Virus genome (UHGV): UHGV-0122909
Strand: one strand, 5' to 3'
DNA: 63,965 bases
Source: a virus
The translations under genes and the position numbers were made by a program. A model generated the notes under the pieces. The model saw nothing but the letters and a program-made list of their open reading frames with translations. It did no database searches and was not told the origin of the DNA. Position 1 is the stretch's first letter, and every line of letters begins with the position of its first letter. Positions 46,424-57,239 of the stretch are shown here, piece by piece.

Positions 46424-46912
46424 GTGGCACAACGCGGTGTAAACAAAGTCATCCTGATTGGTACCCTGGGGCAAGACCCGGAGATCAGGTATATACCAAA
46501 TGGCGGCGCGGTCGGAAGACTCAGCATCGCAACGAATGAATCATGGCGCGACAAGCAAACGGGCCAACAGAAAGAGCAAACAGAATGGCATAAAGTCGTT
46601 TTGTTCGGAAAACTTGCTGAAATTGCGAGTGAGTATTTACGAAAAGGTTCTCAGGTCTACATCGAAGGGAAACTTAAAACCCGTAAGTGGACAGATGACG
46701 CCGGTGTAGAACGTTACACGACGGAAATTATCGTCAGCCAGGGCGGCACCATGCAAATGATCGGCGCTCGCCGTGACGATTCACAGTCCTCAAATGGCTG
46801 GGGGCAATCAAACCAACCTCAAAACCACCAGCAATACAGCGGTGGCGGTAAACCTCAGAGCAACGCCAATAACGAACCTCCAATGGACTTTGACGACGAT
46901 ATTCCGTTTTAG
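46424..46912 (+). CDS. ssb: Single-stranded DNA-binding protein
   Basis: 162 aa, GTG start, OB-fold N-terminus and acidic tail DFDDDIPF. Paralogous to the SSB in the lambdoid module. Confidence 0.95.
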   Translation: MAQRGVNKVILIGTLGQDPEIRYIPNGGAVGRLSIATNESWRDKQTGQQKEQTEWHKVVLFGKLAEIASEYLRKGSQVYIEGKLKTRKWTDDAGVERYTTEIIVSQGGTMQMIGARRDDSQSSNGWGQSNQPQNHQQYSGGGKPQSNANNEPPMDFDDDIPF

Positions 46913-46953
46913 AGTTAACTTGTGAGTTATTTGTAAAGAATCCATACGCAGGC

Positions 46954-46977
46954 CCCTGTTAATTCAGGGGTTTTTTG
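46954..46977 (+). terminator. Rho-independent terminator after ssb
   Basis: CCCCTGttaattcAGGGG followed by TTTTTTG. Confidence 0.65.
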
Positions 46978-47049
46978 TTTCTATCGTCGGAAAAAGTGTC
47001 TTGTATAAATTGGTGATTTTTCACATAAAGTGTACCTTGTAATTGTGTA

Positions 47050-48318
47050 ATGTTTATGGGGTGTGAGTGCATGGAAAAGAACTACAGAGTTACAACATTT
47101 GTCATGGATAGTGGCGAGCGCTATTGCATGGTAGTGGATCGTGCTTCTGGGCTTCCCATGTATTACCCCACTCTGTTTCTAACAACTCAAATCCGCAATA
47201 GAGAGGATGCTTTTTCAACGATGTTGGCGGCGGCTAACAACCTGGTTATGTTGTTACGCTTTGTAGAGAGTCGCGACATTGACCTTGAGCAGCGGTTTTT
47301 GACCAAAGACTTCTTCAAGCCACATGAGCTGGATGATCTGCGAGATTTTGCTCAGTGCAAACAAAGAAAGGGGCCATTAACTGTGTCCTCTACCTCTTGG
47401 TTGGCCGATGCGATGACCGATATCGTTGATAACGGGACACAGCATTCCCGGCTAACAACGTTTGCCAACTATTTACACTGGTATGCGATGCATATCTTAA
47501 AGACGACAGAACTGGAAGTTGTCGAAAAGATCAATGCTATGGCGGCGCAGATAAAGACGCGCCGACCATCTAAAAAGCGCAGAAACCACGACTTACAAGA
47601 CAGGTCATTGAGTGATGTTCAATTGGACGCGCTATTTGAAGTCATCCAGCCTAGATCAGAGTTAAACCCTTTCTCAATAGATGTGCAGCGCCGCAATCGG
47701 CTGATGATCTTACTTCTGTTTTATCTTGGCATCCGAGGTGGTGAATTATTAAATATAAGAATACAGGACATAGATTTTAGCGCTAACAGGATCCGTATCG
47801 TTAGGAGAGCAGATGAACAAGCTGACTCTAGAACCAATGAGCCTAATGCTAAAACTAGAGAACGGCTCTTACCGTTGGCTGAATCCTTAGCTCAAGAACT
47901 GCATAGTTATATCCTTCAAGATCGCCGGAAAGTCAGAAATGCGAAGAAAAATGACTATCTGTTTGTAACTTACAAGAGTGGACCAACTCTGGGAAATCCT
48001 ATCTCCAAAGGGGGATATCATAAAATTTTTTCCGTAGTCAGGTCTATATCACCGCAATTGTATGCAGCGACAGGACATTCGCTCCGCCACACTTGGAATC
48101 GCAAGTTTTCAGAAAGAATGGATGCCATGAATGAGCAAGTCAGCGAGGAACGCCAAGAGCAACTTCGTTCGTACTTAATGGGCTGGAGAGATGGCTCGGG
48201 AACCGCAGCGACTTACAACAAGCGTTTCATTCGGCAAAAAGGTTTTGAGGCCGCCTTGGCATTACAAGCAGGTAACGGCACTAGCTTGCCAGAGGACTTC
48301 AAGGATGACCATGAATAA
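47050..48318 (+). CDS. Tyrosine recombinase A (phage integrase family)
   Basis: 422 aa with LGIRGGELLNI (Arg), GHSLRHTW (His-x-x-Arg) and AATYNKRF (catalytic Tyr). Confidence 0.8.
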   Translation: MFMGCECMEKNYRVTTFVMDSGERYCMVVDRASGLPMYYPTLFLTTQIRNREDAFSTMLAAANNLVMLLRFVESRDIDLEQRFLTKDFFKPHELDDLRDFAQCKQRKGPLTVSSTSWLADAMTDIVDNGTQHSRLTTFANYLHWYAMHILKTTELEVVEKINAMAAQIKTRRPSKKRRNHDLQDRSLSDVQLDALFEVIQPRSELNPFSIDVQRRNRLMILLLFYLGIRGGELLNIRIQDIDFSANRIRIVRRADEQADSRTNEPNAKTRERLLPLAESLAQELHSYILQDRRKVRNAKKNDYLFVTYKSGPTLGNPISKGGYHKIFSVVRSISPQLYAATGHSLRHTWNRKFSERMDAMNEQVSEERQEQLRSYLMGWRDGSGTAATYNKRFIRQKGFEAALALQAGNGTSLPEDFKDDHE

Positions 48319-49843
48319 CCTCTTACTTGGGTTAGTACCAGAACGAATCCGTGCCAGGGCCAATGGCTACTCTTTTCTGTTGTATGACACATCGTGGACA
48401 TTGGATAGAAATATCACTATTAATCTTGCTGATATTCACCATTACTTGTCAGATGGGACGCTAGATGGCTGCCTGCGTACACTGGCGTTTTATGCATCCA
48501 ATCGTTCTTCTTCTCATACAAAAAATATTCTTGAACGGTTTCAGCACATGCTGCGTGAGACTGACGCGAGAGAAATTACTGATACGGTATTGATTAATTA
48601 TCGGTCGATGCTGTCGCCTGCAACAGAATGGTATCTAGCAACCATCCGTGGCTTTCTTCGATCCTGGCACGAACTGGGCTATCCCGGCATCAGTAAGGAG
48701 GTGAACCGCTTGCTAGATGGCTGGACGCTAAAGGGTAATCGTAAGGGGGATGCGGTTAAGCGCATGGATCCTCAAGAGGGGCCACTGACGGATAATGAGC
48801 TGACAGCGTTTAACGAGGGGGCTGTTCGGGCTTATGAAAAGAGCTTAATTACTATAGCTGAGTTGGCTATAGCACTTGGCACCAGTCATACAGGACGTCG
48901 TCCCATTCAGATCTCGCTGCTTCGTGTGGTCGATGTCCTTTGTGGTAAAAATGGAAAGGGAGAGCCCTTCTATGTGTTGAATGTGCCGCGAGCCAAGCAG
49001 CGCAGCAGCTCTTTCCGAATAAACTTCAAACCATTTGCAATATCACTGGAACTATGGGCAATCCTGAGTGCTCAGGCAAGAAATGCGATTGCGCAGGTTG
49101 AAAATCGTTTGGGGTTTGAATTGCAGGAAGATGACCGGCAGCAAATCCCTCTTTTTCCTGATCTTGATGTGTTAGATGCCGTCCAATCTCCTTATGAATT
49201 CCGCCAACTGCATGCTACCGACAAACTCCACATTCCCGCCGCAGAGATAACCGACACCCTCCAATACATCGTAGAAAAGTCCGACATCCGGTCGGAACGT
49301 ACCGGTGAGCTATTACATATCAATGCTCGTCGTTTTCGTTATACCACAGGCACACGAGCTGCCCGGGAAGGCTTTGGCGAGCTGGTGATTGCGGAACTGC
49401 TTGACCACGCGGACACCCAAAACGCAGGCGTTTACATCAAGAATATCCCCGAGCATGTGAAAAAGCTTGATGAGGCGGTTGGCTTCCAATTAGCACCATA
49501 CGCTCAGGCCTTTGTCGGGGCACTTGTCGATTCAGAGAGAGACGCGCATCGAGGTAACGACCCTACCAGTCGTATTCGGACCGAAATGGGTCAGGGTGTT
49601 GGTACTTGTGGAGAACATGGCTTTTGTGGTGCCAATGTTCCTATTCCTTGCTACACCTGCATGCATTTCCAGCCTTGGCTGGACGGCCCACATGAAGATG
49701 TCTATCAAGGACTGCTCAACGAACGTGAACGGGTGAAAGAGATAACTGGCGACATCCAGATTGCTGCCGTACTTGATCGCAGTATTATCGCGCTGGCAGA
49801 TGTGATCATGCGTTGTGCAAAACGTCGTGAAGAGCTTAGTTAA
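48305..49843 (+). CDS. Tyrosine recombinase B
   Basis: Probable start MTMNNLLLG at 48305 overlapping the upstream stop. C-terminal RRFRYTTGTRAAREG...LLDHAD...GVYIKN is recombinase-like. Confidence 0.65.
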   Translation: MTMNNLLLGLVPERIRARANGYSFLLYDTSWTLDRNITINLADIHHYLSDGTLDGCLRTLAFYASNRSSSHTKNILERFQHMLRETDAREITDTVLINYRSMLSPATEWYLATIRGFLRSWHELGYPGISKEVNRLLDGWTLKGNRKGDAVKRMDPQEGPLTDNELTAFNEGAVRAYEKSLITIAELAIALGTSHTGRRPIQISLLRVVDVLCGKNGKGEPFYVLNVPRAKQRSSSFRINFKPFAISLELWAILSAQARNAIAQVENRLGFELQEDDRQQIPLFPDLDVLDAVQSPYEFRQLHATDKLHIPAAEITDTLQYIVEKSDIRSERTGELLHINARRFRYTTGTRAAREGFGELVIAELLDHADTQNAGVYIKNIPEHVKKLDEAVGFQLAPYAQAFVGALVDSERDAHRGNDPTSRIRTEMGQGVGTCGEHGFCGANVPIPCYTCMHFQPWLDGPHEDVYQGLLNERERVKEITGDIQIAAVLDRSIIALADVIMRCAKRREELS

Positions 49844-49859
49844 CAGGGAGCAATAACCA

Positions 49860-51893
49860 ATGGCTGAGATTTTCCTGTTTAAGCCAAAGGCTACGCTGAC
49901 AGCAGCAGAAAACCTTGAAGCATTCATATCCCAGTGCCGAGATCAATTGACTGTATTCGGCTCTGATCTCACTTGGGAAGATCCTGTTTGGCCAAACATA
50001 ACTGTATTTGCCAAGTTGGGCATTATTACGAGAAAACCCATACTGGAAGAGACGCAAGACCCTGCTTTCATTGATTTTGCCAAAGCCTATTTCCGTTACC
50101 AGCAGGGGCATAGCCTCTCTAGGGCAAAGAATGAAAGTAAAGCCCTCCGTGCGGTTGAGGCGGCTTTGCTTCAAGTAAATGGAAACGCAAATATTGATGG
50201 CCTGTCGATTTCTGTGCTGGATGAAGCAGCTGAATTGGCAAAGCATTACTACTCCGATGGCTCCGCATATCATTGTGGCCGTGAGATTGAGCGGCTGGCT
50301 AAGTTTGTAGCTGAAAACCAGCTTGTATCAAGTGCTGTACAAAATTGGGTCAATCCAATTAAACGTGCAGAGGATAAGAACAAAACGAGCAGAAAGGCGA
50401 AGAAAAATAGGGAAGATAAACTTCCGAGTGATATTGCTCTTAATGCGTTGGCGGAAATTTTTGCCAACGACCCAATTCATGAGCGAGACATATTTACAAC
50501 ATCGGTTTTTGCCATGTTGATGTCGGCACCTTCACGTATTACTGAGGTGTTAGCACTGCCTGTGGATTGCGAGGTTTTTGAAACGGATCGTGAAGGGATA
50601 GAACGATATGGTTGGCGTTTTTTTGCGGGGAAAGGCTATGAGGGTGATATCAAATGGATACCCACCGTGATGGTCGGTATAGCTAAGACAGCCGTAGCTA
50701 GAGCTAGAGTGCTCTCTGAAAATGCACGACAACTGGCCAAGTGGATCGAGAAACACCCGAATAAGTTTTACCGCCATGCTAACTGTCCCAGTGTAGCCGA
50801 TGATGAGCCATTGACGATGAAGCAGGTTTGTATGGCGCTCGGTTTTGCACATTACTCTAAAAAGACGTGCAGGTCGTGTCTTGGTAATCGAGGTTTAGCT
50901 AAAGAGGATGGTGTACATACTCTAAATAGCCTGTGGCAGCACACAATGGCGCGTTTACCGGATGACTTTCCGTGGTTTGATAAAGACAAGGGAATTAGGT
51001 ACAGCAATGCCTTGTTTGTACTGAACGTAAATCAGTTCCACGGGAACAGAGGATGCATACCAGTTGAGTTACATAAGCCAACCAATAATTTCTTCAACAG
51101 TGATCTGACGCCTCGTCTGTCCTTGAAAGGAAAACATGCCAGTATCTTTGATCGCCATGGTTACCATGCTGTAAACGGAGAGCCGGTGAAATTAACCTCA
51201 CATCAGGCTCGACACCTGCTCAACACCATTATCCAGCGCGGTGGCCTGTCAAACTTGGAAATTGCCAAGTGGTCGGGGCGGGCAGATGTGAAACAGAATC
51301 GAACTTACAACCACATGACTGAATACGAACTGGTTGGCATTGCTGAACGCCTTGATCCCACAACAGCGCTATTTGGGCCTGCTGGCGAGGTGGCAAAGCA
51401 TCTGCCCGTGACTATGCAGGAGTTCAATACCTTAGAGCATGCCGCAGTCCATGTGACGGAGTATGGCTACTGTGTGCATGATTACACCATGAGTCCTTGT
51501 GAGAAATTCCGAGATTGCGTCAATTGTACCGAACAGGTTTGCATCAAAGGCGATGATGCTGAAAAGTTGGATCGCATTAAGATACGTCTGGAGAAATTAG
51601 AGCGACTGTTTTTTCTTGCTGACGCAGCAGTGGAAAGTGGTGAGATAGGAACTGATCGCTGGTATCAGTACCACAAGAAAACTGTTACCCGGCTTCGTGA
51701 ACTAGTGGCTATTTTAGAGAATCCAGACATTGAAAATGGTGTCCAGATTAAGCTCCGGGGCAATGATTTCAGCCAGCTTCGCCGTGTTGTCGCAAAGACG
51801 TCTATTGTGGCCATCGAGCAAAAAGGCAAAGAAAGTGAAGAAGCTGTGATGTTAGATGATTTGACAACTTTGTTAGGAGGTGGCCTTGGCTAA
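49860..51893 (+). CDS. Tyrosine recombinase C
   Basis: 677 aa with LTSHQARHLLNT (His-x-x-Arg-His) and NRTYNHMT (Tyr). Confidence 0.7.
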   Translation: MAEIFLFKPKATLTAAENLEAFISQCRDQLTVFGSDLTWEDPVWPNITVFAKLGIITRKPILEETQDPAFIDFAKAYFRYQQGHSLSRAKNESKALRAVEAALLQVNGNANIDGLSISVLDEAAELAKHYYSDGSAYHCGREIERLAKFVAENQLVSSAVQNWVNPIKRAEDKNKTSRKAKKNREDKLPSDIALNALAEIFANDPIHERDIFTTSVFAMLMSAPSRITEVLALPVDCEVFETDREGIERYGWRFFAGKGYEGDIKWIPTVMVGIAKTAVARARVLSENARQLAKWIEKHPNKFYRHANCPSVADDEPLTMKQVCMALGFAHYSKKTCRSCLGNRGLAKEDGVHTLNSLWQHTMARLPDDFPWFDKDKGIRYSNALFVLNVNQFHGNRGCIPVELHKPTNNFFNSDLTPRLSLKGKHASIFDRHGYHAVNGEPVKLTSHQARHLLNTIIQRGGLSNLEIAKWSGRADVKQNRTYNHMTEYELVGIAERLDPTTALFGPAGEVAKHLPVTMQEFNTLEHAAVHVTEYGYCVHDYTMSPCEKFRDCVNCTEQVCIKGDDAEKLDRIKIRLEKLERLFFLADAAVESGEIGTDRWYQYHKKTVTRLRELVAILENPDIENGVQIKLRGNDFSQLRRVVAKTSIVAIEQKGKESEEAVMLDDLTTLLGGGLG

Positions 51894-52305
51894 GCATCTG
51901 GACAATAGAGACATTAATGCCATCGTAAATCTAATTCGAGGATGGAAGGAACCAAAACTGTCCTGGTCAGCAATTTGTGAGGCGGCAGAACCATTGGTCG
52001 GAAAGTTGCCGTCAAGACAGTCCCTTAATGCACATGAGGCAATAGTGACTGCCTATCAAACAAAGAAAGAGGCGCTTAAAGGCCGTGGCCCCAAAAATCC
52101 GCGTCCAGCTAGTTTGAACATTGCAGCCGCGAGGATTGTGAATCTTGAAAGCGAAATCGAAGAGCTTAAGGAAGAGAACCGGAGGTACAAACAACAGTTT
52201 GTGATCTGGCAATACAATGCATACAAATATGGAATGACAGAACATCAACTTAATGCGCAGCTGACAAAGATTGACCGTGAGCGCTCTGATGGAGAAAGAA
52301 GATAG
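51880..52305 (+). CDS. Small coiled-coil accessory protein (TnpC-like position)
   Basis: 141 aa overlapping the recombinase C stop by 14 nt. C-terminal coiled coil LESEIEELKEENRRYKQQF. Confidence 0.4.
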   Translation: MALAKHLDNRDINAIVNLIRGWKEPKLSWSAICEAAEPLVGKLPSRQSLNAHEAIVTAYQTKKEALKGRGPKNPRPASLNIAAARIVNLESEIEELKEENRRYKQQFVIWQYNAYKYGMTEHQLNAQLTKIDRERSDGERR

Positions 52306-52380
52306 TTGCTGAGTACGATATCGAGGGTACATTTCTCTGTGTAGGGGTAGTTATTTACAAAAAAATAGGAGAATAATTAA

Positions 52381-55300
52381 ATGGTCAAACCAAACTGGGA
52401 TAACTTTAAAGCTAAATTTAGTGAGAATCCTCAAGGTAATTTTGAGTGGTTTTGCTACTTGTTGTTCTGTCAAGAATTCAAAATGCCCGCAGGTATATTT
52501 AGATATAAGAATCAATCTGGTATCGAAACTAATCCAATAACCAAAGATAATGAAATTATCGGTTGGCAATCTAAATTCTATGACACAAAATTGTCGGATA
52601 ACAAAGCTGATCTTATAGAAATGATTGAGAAAAGCAAAAAGGCTTATCCAGGATTAAGTAAAATCATTTTCTATACTAATCAAGAGTGGGGGCAGGGGAG
52701 AAAGTCCCATGAACCTGAAGGCGATAAGAACGCTGATAATTATTTGGAAACTGTCGGAAATAGTAACGATCCCAAAATAAAAATTGAAGTTGATCAGAAA
52801 GCATATGAGTCGGGTATCGAAATAGTATGGAGAGTTGCTAGTTTTTTTGAATCACCGTTTGTAATAGTTGAGAATGAAAAGATTGCTAAACATTTCTTCT
52901 CCCTTAATGAAAGCATCTTTGATTTATTAGAAGAAAAGCGCAAGCACACAGAAAATGTTTTATATGAAATTCAAACCAATATAGAGTTCAAAGACAGAAG
53001 TATTGAAATTGACAGACGACATTGTATAGAACTTCTACATGAGAATCTAGTTCAGAAAAAAATTGTCATCGTCAGCGGAGAAGGTGGGGTTGGAAAAACA
53101 GCAGTTATCAAAAAAATTTATGAAGCAGAAAAACAATACACTCCTTTCTATGTCTTTAAGGCTAGCGAGTTTAAAAAGGACAGTATTAATGAGCTATTCG
53201 GTGCGCATGGCTTAGACGATTTCTCTAATGCTCATCAAGACGAATTACGTAAAGTCATAGTCGTAGATTCTGCTGAAAAGCTTTTAGAACTGACCAATAT
53301 CGATCCTTTTAAAGAATTCCTGACTGTTTTAATAAAGGATAAATGGCAGGTTGTTTTCACAACCCGTAACAACTACTTGGCAGATCTGAACTATGCTTTC
53401 ATAGATATTTATAATATAACTCCTGAAAACTTAGTAATAAAGAACCTTGAACGCGGCGAGCTAATAGAGTTATCTGATAACAATGGATTTAGCCTTCCTC
53501 AAGATGTTCGATTATTAGAACTAATCAAAAATCCATTTTATCTAAGTGAATATTTGAGGTTCTATACCGGTGAAAGCATCGATTATGTGAGCTTCAAAGA
53601 AAAGCTTTGGAATAAGATTATTGTCAAAAATAAACCTTCTCGGGAGCAGTGTTTCTTAGCGACTGCTTTTCAGCGGGCTAGTGAGGGCCAATTTTTTGTC
53701 TCCCCGGCATGTGATACTGGAATTTTAGATGAGTTAGTTAAAGACGGAATTGTCGGCTATGAAGCTGCTGGTTACTTCATTACACATGATATATACGAGG
53801 AATGGGCATTAGAAAAGAAAATTTCTGTCGATTATATCCGTAAAGCGAACAATAACGAGTTCTTCGAAAAAATAGGAGAATCACTTCCTGTTCGCCGTAG
53901 TTTTCGGAATTGGATATCTGAACGATTGCTTTTAGATGACCAGTCCATAAAGCCTTTTATCGCAGAAATAGTCTGTGGAGAAGGAATATCAAATTTTTGG
54001 AAAGACGAGTTATGGGTAGCTGTCCTTCTTTCCGATAATTCAAGCATATTTTTTAATTACTTTAAAAGATATTTACTTAGTAGTGACCAGAATCTATTAA
54101 AAAGACTTACTTTCTTATTGAGGCTTGCTTGCAAGGACGTTGATTACGATCTGCTTAAACAGTTAGGTGTAAGTAATTCAGATCTGCTTTCCATTAAATA
54201 TGTTCTTACTAAGCCTAAGGGAACTGGTTGGCAGAGTGTGATCCAATTTATCTATGAAAATTTAGATGAAATAGGGATCAGAAATATTAATTTTATACTT
54301 CCTGTGATTCAGGAGTGGAATCAAAGAAACAAAGTGGGTGAAACGACTCGATTATCTAGTTTGATAGCCCTAAAATATTATCAATGGACTGTAGATGAGG
54401 ATGTCTATTTATCCGGAAGGGATAATGAGAAAAATATTCTGCATACGATTCTTCATGGGGCGGCCATGATTAAACCTGAAATGGAAGAGGTTTTAGTTAA
54501 GGTTCTTAAAAATAGGTGGAACGAGCACGGTACCCCATATTTCGACCTTATGACCTTAATCCTTACTGACTTAGATTCATATCCGGTTTGGGCATCTCTC
54601 CCGGAATATGTTCTACAATTGGCAGATCTGTTCTGGTATCGGCCACTTAAAGAAACAGGCGAACGTTATCACAGTATGGATATTGAAGATGAGTTCGGTC
54701 TATTTAGGTCTCATCACGACTATTATCCAGAAAGTCCATATCAGACTCCTATATATTGGTTACTACAATCACAGTTCAAAAAAACAATAGACTTTATTCT
54801 TGATTTTACGAACAAGACAACGATATGTTTTGCCCACTCCCATTTTGCTAAAAACGAAATTGAAGAAGTCGATGTCTTTATTGAAGAAGGAAAGTTTATA
54901 AAGCAATATATATGCAATCGTCTGTGGTGCTCATATCGAGGAACACAGGTCTCTACCTACTTACTTTCATCAATTCATATGGCATTGGAAAAATTTTTTC
55001 TTGAGAATTTTAAAAATGCAGACTCGAAAGTGTTGGAAAGTTGGCTTCTTTTCTTGTTAAGAAATACCAAGTCAGCTTCTATTTCTGCAGTAGTTACGAG
55101 TATTGTACTTGCATTCCCTGAGAAGACATTCAATGTAGCTAAAGTACTATTCCAAACAAAGGATTTCTTCCGTTTTGATATGAATCGAATGGTTCTAGAC
55201 AGAACACATAAAAGTTCATTAATCTCCCTCAGGGATGGCTTTGGCGGTACAGATTACAGAAACTCTTTGCACGAAGAAGATAGAATTAAAGCTTGCGATG

Positions 55301-57144
55301 ATGTGCATAGAAATACTTATCTTGAAAATCTTGCCTTGCATTATCAAATTTTCAGGAGTGAAAATGTAACGGAGAAAGATGTCATTGAAAGGCAACAAGT
55401 GCTCTGGGGTATTTTCGACAAATACTATAATCAGCTTCCAGATGAAGCTCAAGAAACTGAAGCCGATAAGACGTGGAGGCTCTGCTTGGCAAGAATGGAT
55501 CGGCGAAAGATGAAAATAACTACCAAGGAGAAAGATGAAGGGATTGAGATATCATTCAATCCTGAGATTGACCCTAAACTAAAGCAATATAGTGAGGAAG
55601 CAATAAAGAAAAACTCCGAGCATATGAAGTATGTAACGCTGAAACTATGGGCAAGCTATAAAAGAGAAAAGGATGAACGTTATAAGAATTATGGAATGTA
55701 TGAGGACAATCCGCAAATTGCTTTACAAGAGACCAAAGAAATAATAAAAAAGCTTAATGAGGAAGGGGGTGAAGATTTCAGACTATTAAATGGTAATATA
55801 CCAGCAGACGTTTGTTCTGTATTACTGTTAGATTACTTTAATCAGTTGAATAATGAAGAGAGAGAATATTGTAAAGATATTGTTCTAGCATATTCTCAAC
55901 TTCCGTTGAAGGAAGGCTATAATTATCAGGTACAAGATGGGACAACCTCGGCAATTTCAGCCTTACCCGTGATTTATCATAATTATCCAATGGAAAGGGA
56001 GACTATAAAAACAATATTACTTTTGACACTGTTTAATGACCACTCTATTGGAATGGCAGGTGGGCGCTACTCAGTATTTCCTAGTATGGTGATTCATAAA
56101 TTATGGCTAGACTATTTTGATGATATGCAGTCTCTATTGTTTGGTTTTTTGATTTTAAAGCCAAAGTATGTAATTCTTTCAAGAAAAATCATTCATGAAA
56201 GTTATCGTCAAGTAGACTATGACATTAAAAAAATAAATATTAATAAGGTGTTTTTAAATAACTATAAGCATTGCATATCAAATGTCATCGATAATAAAAT
56301 ATCTATAGATGATTTGGGAAGTATAGATATAGTTGATCTACATATTTTGAACACAGCTTTCCAATTAATTCCAGTTGATACTGTTAATATTGAACATAAG
56401 CAATTGGTTTCCTTAATTGTTAAAAGATTTTCTACAAGCCTATTGTCAAGTGTTCGAGAAGATAGAGTTGATTACGCTCTTCGGCAGTCTTTCTTGGAAA
56501 GATTTGCCTACTTTACGCTTCATGCGCCCGTGAGCGATATTCCCGATTATATAAAACCTTTTCTTGATGGTTTCAACGGTTCAGAGCCTATTTCAGAGTT
56601 ATTTAAAAAATTTATTCTCGTCGAAGATAGATTAAATACTTACGCCAAATTTTGGAAGGTTTGGGATTTGTTTTTTGATAAAGTGGTTACTTTGTGCAAG
56701 GATGGAGATAGGTATTGGTATGTAGATAAAATTATAAAAAGTTACCTTTTTGCTGAATCTCCATGGAAAGAAAACTCTAATGGTTGGCACACATTTAAAG
56801 ATAGCAATAGTCAATTCTTTTGCGATGTATCTAGGACTATGGGCCATTGCCCTTCAACTTTATATTCTCTTGCCAAATCTTTGAATAACATTGCCAGTTG
56901 CTATCTTAATCAAGGTATAACCTGGCTTTCAGAAATGTTGTCGGTTAATAAAAAGCTATGGGAAAAGAAATTGGAAAATGATACTGTTTATTTTTTAGAA
57001 TGTTTGGTTAGGCGGTATATTAACACTGAGCGTGAGCGAATTAGACGAACCAAACAGTTGAAAGAAGAGGTCTTAGTAATATTGGATTTTTTGGTAGAGA
57101 AAGGATCTGTTGTTGGTTATATGTCACGGGAAAATATTCTGTGA
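52381..57144 (+). CDS. Large STAND-type P-loop NTPase with N-terminal nuclease-like domain and ~1300-aa helical C-terminus (Avs-like)
   Basis: 1587 aa. Walker A IVIVSGEGGVGKTAV, Walker B KVIVVDSAEKL, then VVFTTRNNY (the hhhTTR STAND/NB-ARC signature). N-terminal ~220 aa contains ...DNEIIGWQSKFY..., a possible PD-(D/E)xK-like core. Strongly AT-rich. Confidence 0.7.
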   Translation: MVKPNWDNFKAKFSENPQGNFEWFCYLLFCQEFKMPAGIFRYKNQSGIETNPITKDNEIIGWQSKFYDTKLSDNKADLIEMIEKSKKAYPGLSKIIFYTNQEWGQGRKSHEPEGDKNADNYLETVGNSNDPKIKIEVDQKAYESGIEIVWRVASFFESPFVIVENEKIAKHFFSLNESIFDLLEEKRKHTENVLYEIQTNIEFKDRSIEIDRRHCIELLHENLVQKKIVIVSGEGGVGKTAVIKKIYEAEKQYTPFYVFKASEFKKDSINELFGAHGLDDFSNAHQDELRKVIVVDSAEKLLELTNIDPFKEFLTVLIKDKWQVVFTTRNNYLADLNYAFIDIYNITPENLVIKNLERGELIELSDNNGFSLPQDVRLLELIKNPFYLSEYLRFYTGESIDYVSFKEKLWNKIIVKNKPSREQCFLATAFQRASEGQFFVSPACDTGILDELVKDGIVGYEAAGYFITHDIYEEWALEKKISVDYIRKANNNEFFEKIGESLPVRRSFRNWISERLLLDDQSIKPFIAEIVCGEGISNFWKDELWVAVLLSDNSSIFFNYFKRYLLSSDQNLLKRLTFLLRLACKDVDYDLLKQLGVSNSDLLSIKYVLTKPKGTGWQSVIQFIYENLDEIGIRNINFILPVIQEWNQRNKVGETTRLSSLIALKYYQWTVDEDVYLSGRDNEKNILHTILHGAAMIKPEMEEVLVKVLKNRWNEHGTPYFDLMTLILTDLDSYPVWASLPEYVLQLADLFWYRPLKETGERYHSMDIEDEFGLFRSHHDYYPESPYQTPIYWLLQSQFKKTIDFILDFTNKTTICFAHSHFAKNEIEEVDVFIEEGKFIKQYICNRLWCSYRGTQVSTYLLSSIHMALEKFFLENFKNADSKVLESWLLFLLRNTKSASISAVVTSIVLAFPEKTFNVAKVLFQTKDFFRFDMNRMVLDRTHKSSLISLRDGFGGTDYRNSLHEEDRIKACDDVHRNTYLENLALHYQIFRSENVTEKDVIERQQVLWGIFDKYYNQLPDEAQETEADKTWRLCLARMDRRKMKITTKEKDEGIEISFNPEIDPKLKQYSEEAIKKNSEHMKYVTLKLWASYKREKDERYKNYGMYEDNPQIALQETKEIIKKLNEEGGEDFRLLNGNIPADVCSVLLLDYFNQLNNEEREYCKDIVLAYSQLPLKEGYNYQVQDGTTSAISALPVIYHNYPMERETIKTILLLTLFNDHSIGMAGGRYSVFPSMVIHKLWLDYFDDMQSLLFGFLILKPKYVILSRKIIHESYRQVDYDIKKININKVFLNNYKHCISNVIDNKISIDDLGSIDIVDLHILNTAFQLIPVDTVNIEHKQLVSLIVKRFSTSLLSSVREDRVDYALRQSFLERFAYFTLHAPVSDIPDYIKPFLDGFNGSEPISELFKKFILVEDRLNTYAKFWKVWDLFFDKVVTLCKDGDRYWYVDKIIKSYLFAESPWKENSNGWHTFKDSNSQFFCDVSRTMGHCPSTLYSLAKSLNNIASCYLNQGITWLSEMLSVNKKLWEKKLENDTVYFLECLVRRYINTERERIRRTKQLKEEVLVILDFLVEKGSVVGYMSRENIL

Positions 57145-57187
57145 TGTAGTTGAAAATAATAATTTTAATGAGAGCTTTTCCAATTTA

Positions 57188-57212
57188 GGCTCCAGGGATT
57201 GGAGCCTTTTTA
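57188..57212 (+). terminator. Rho-independent terminator after the NTPase gene
   Basis: GGCTCCAgggatTGGAGCC followed by TTTTTATT. Confidence 0.65.
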
Positions 57213-57239
57213 TTATCGAAAAGATTAATATCTTATAAG

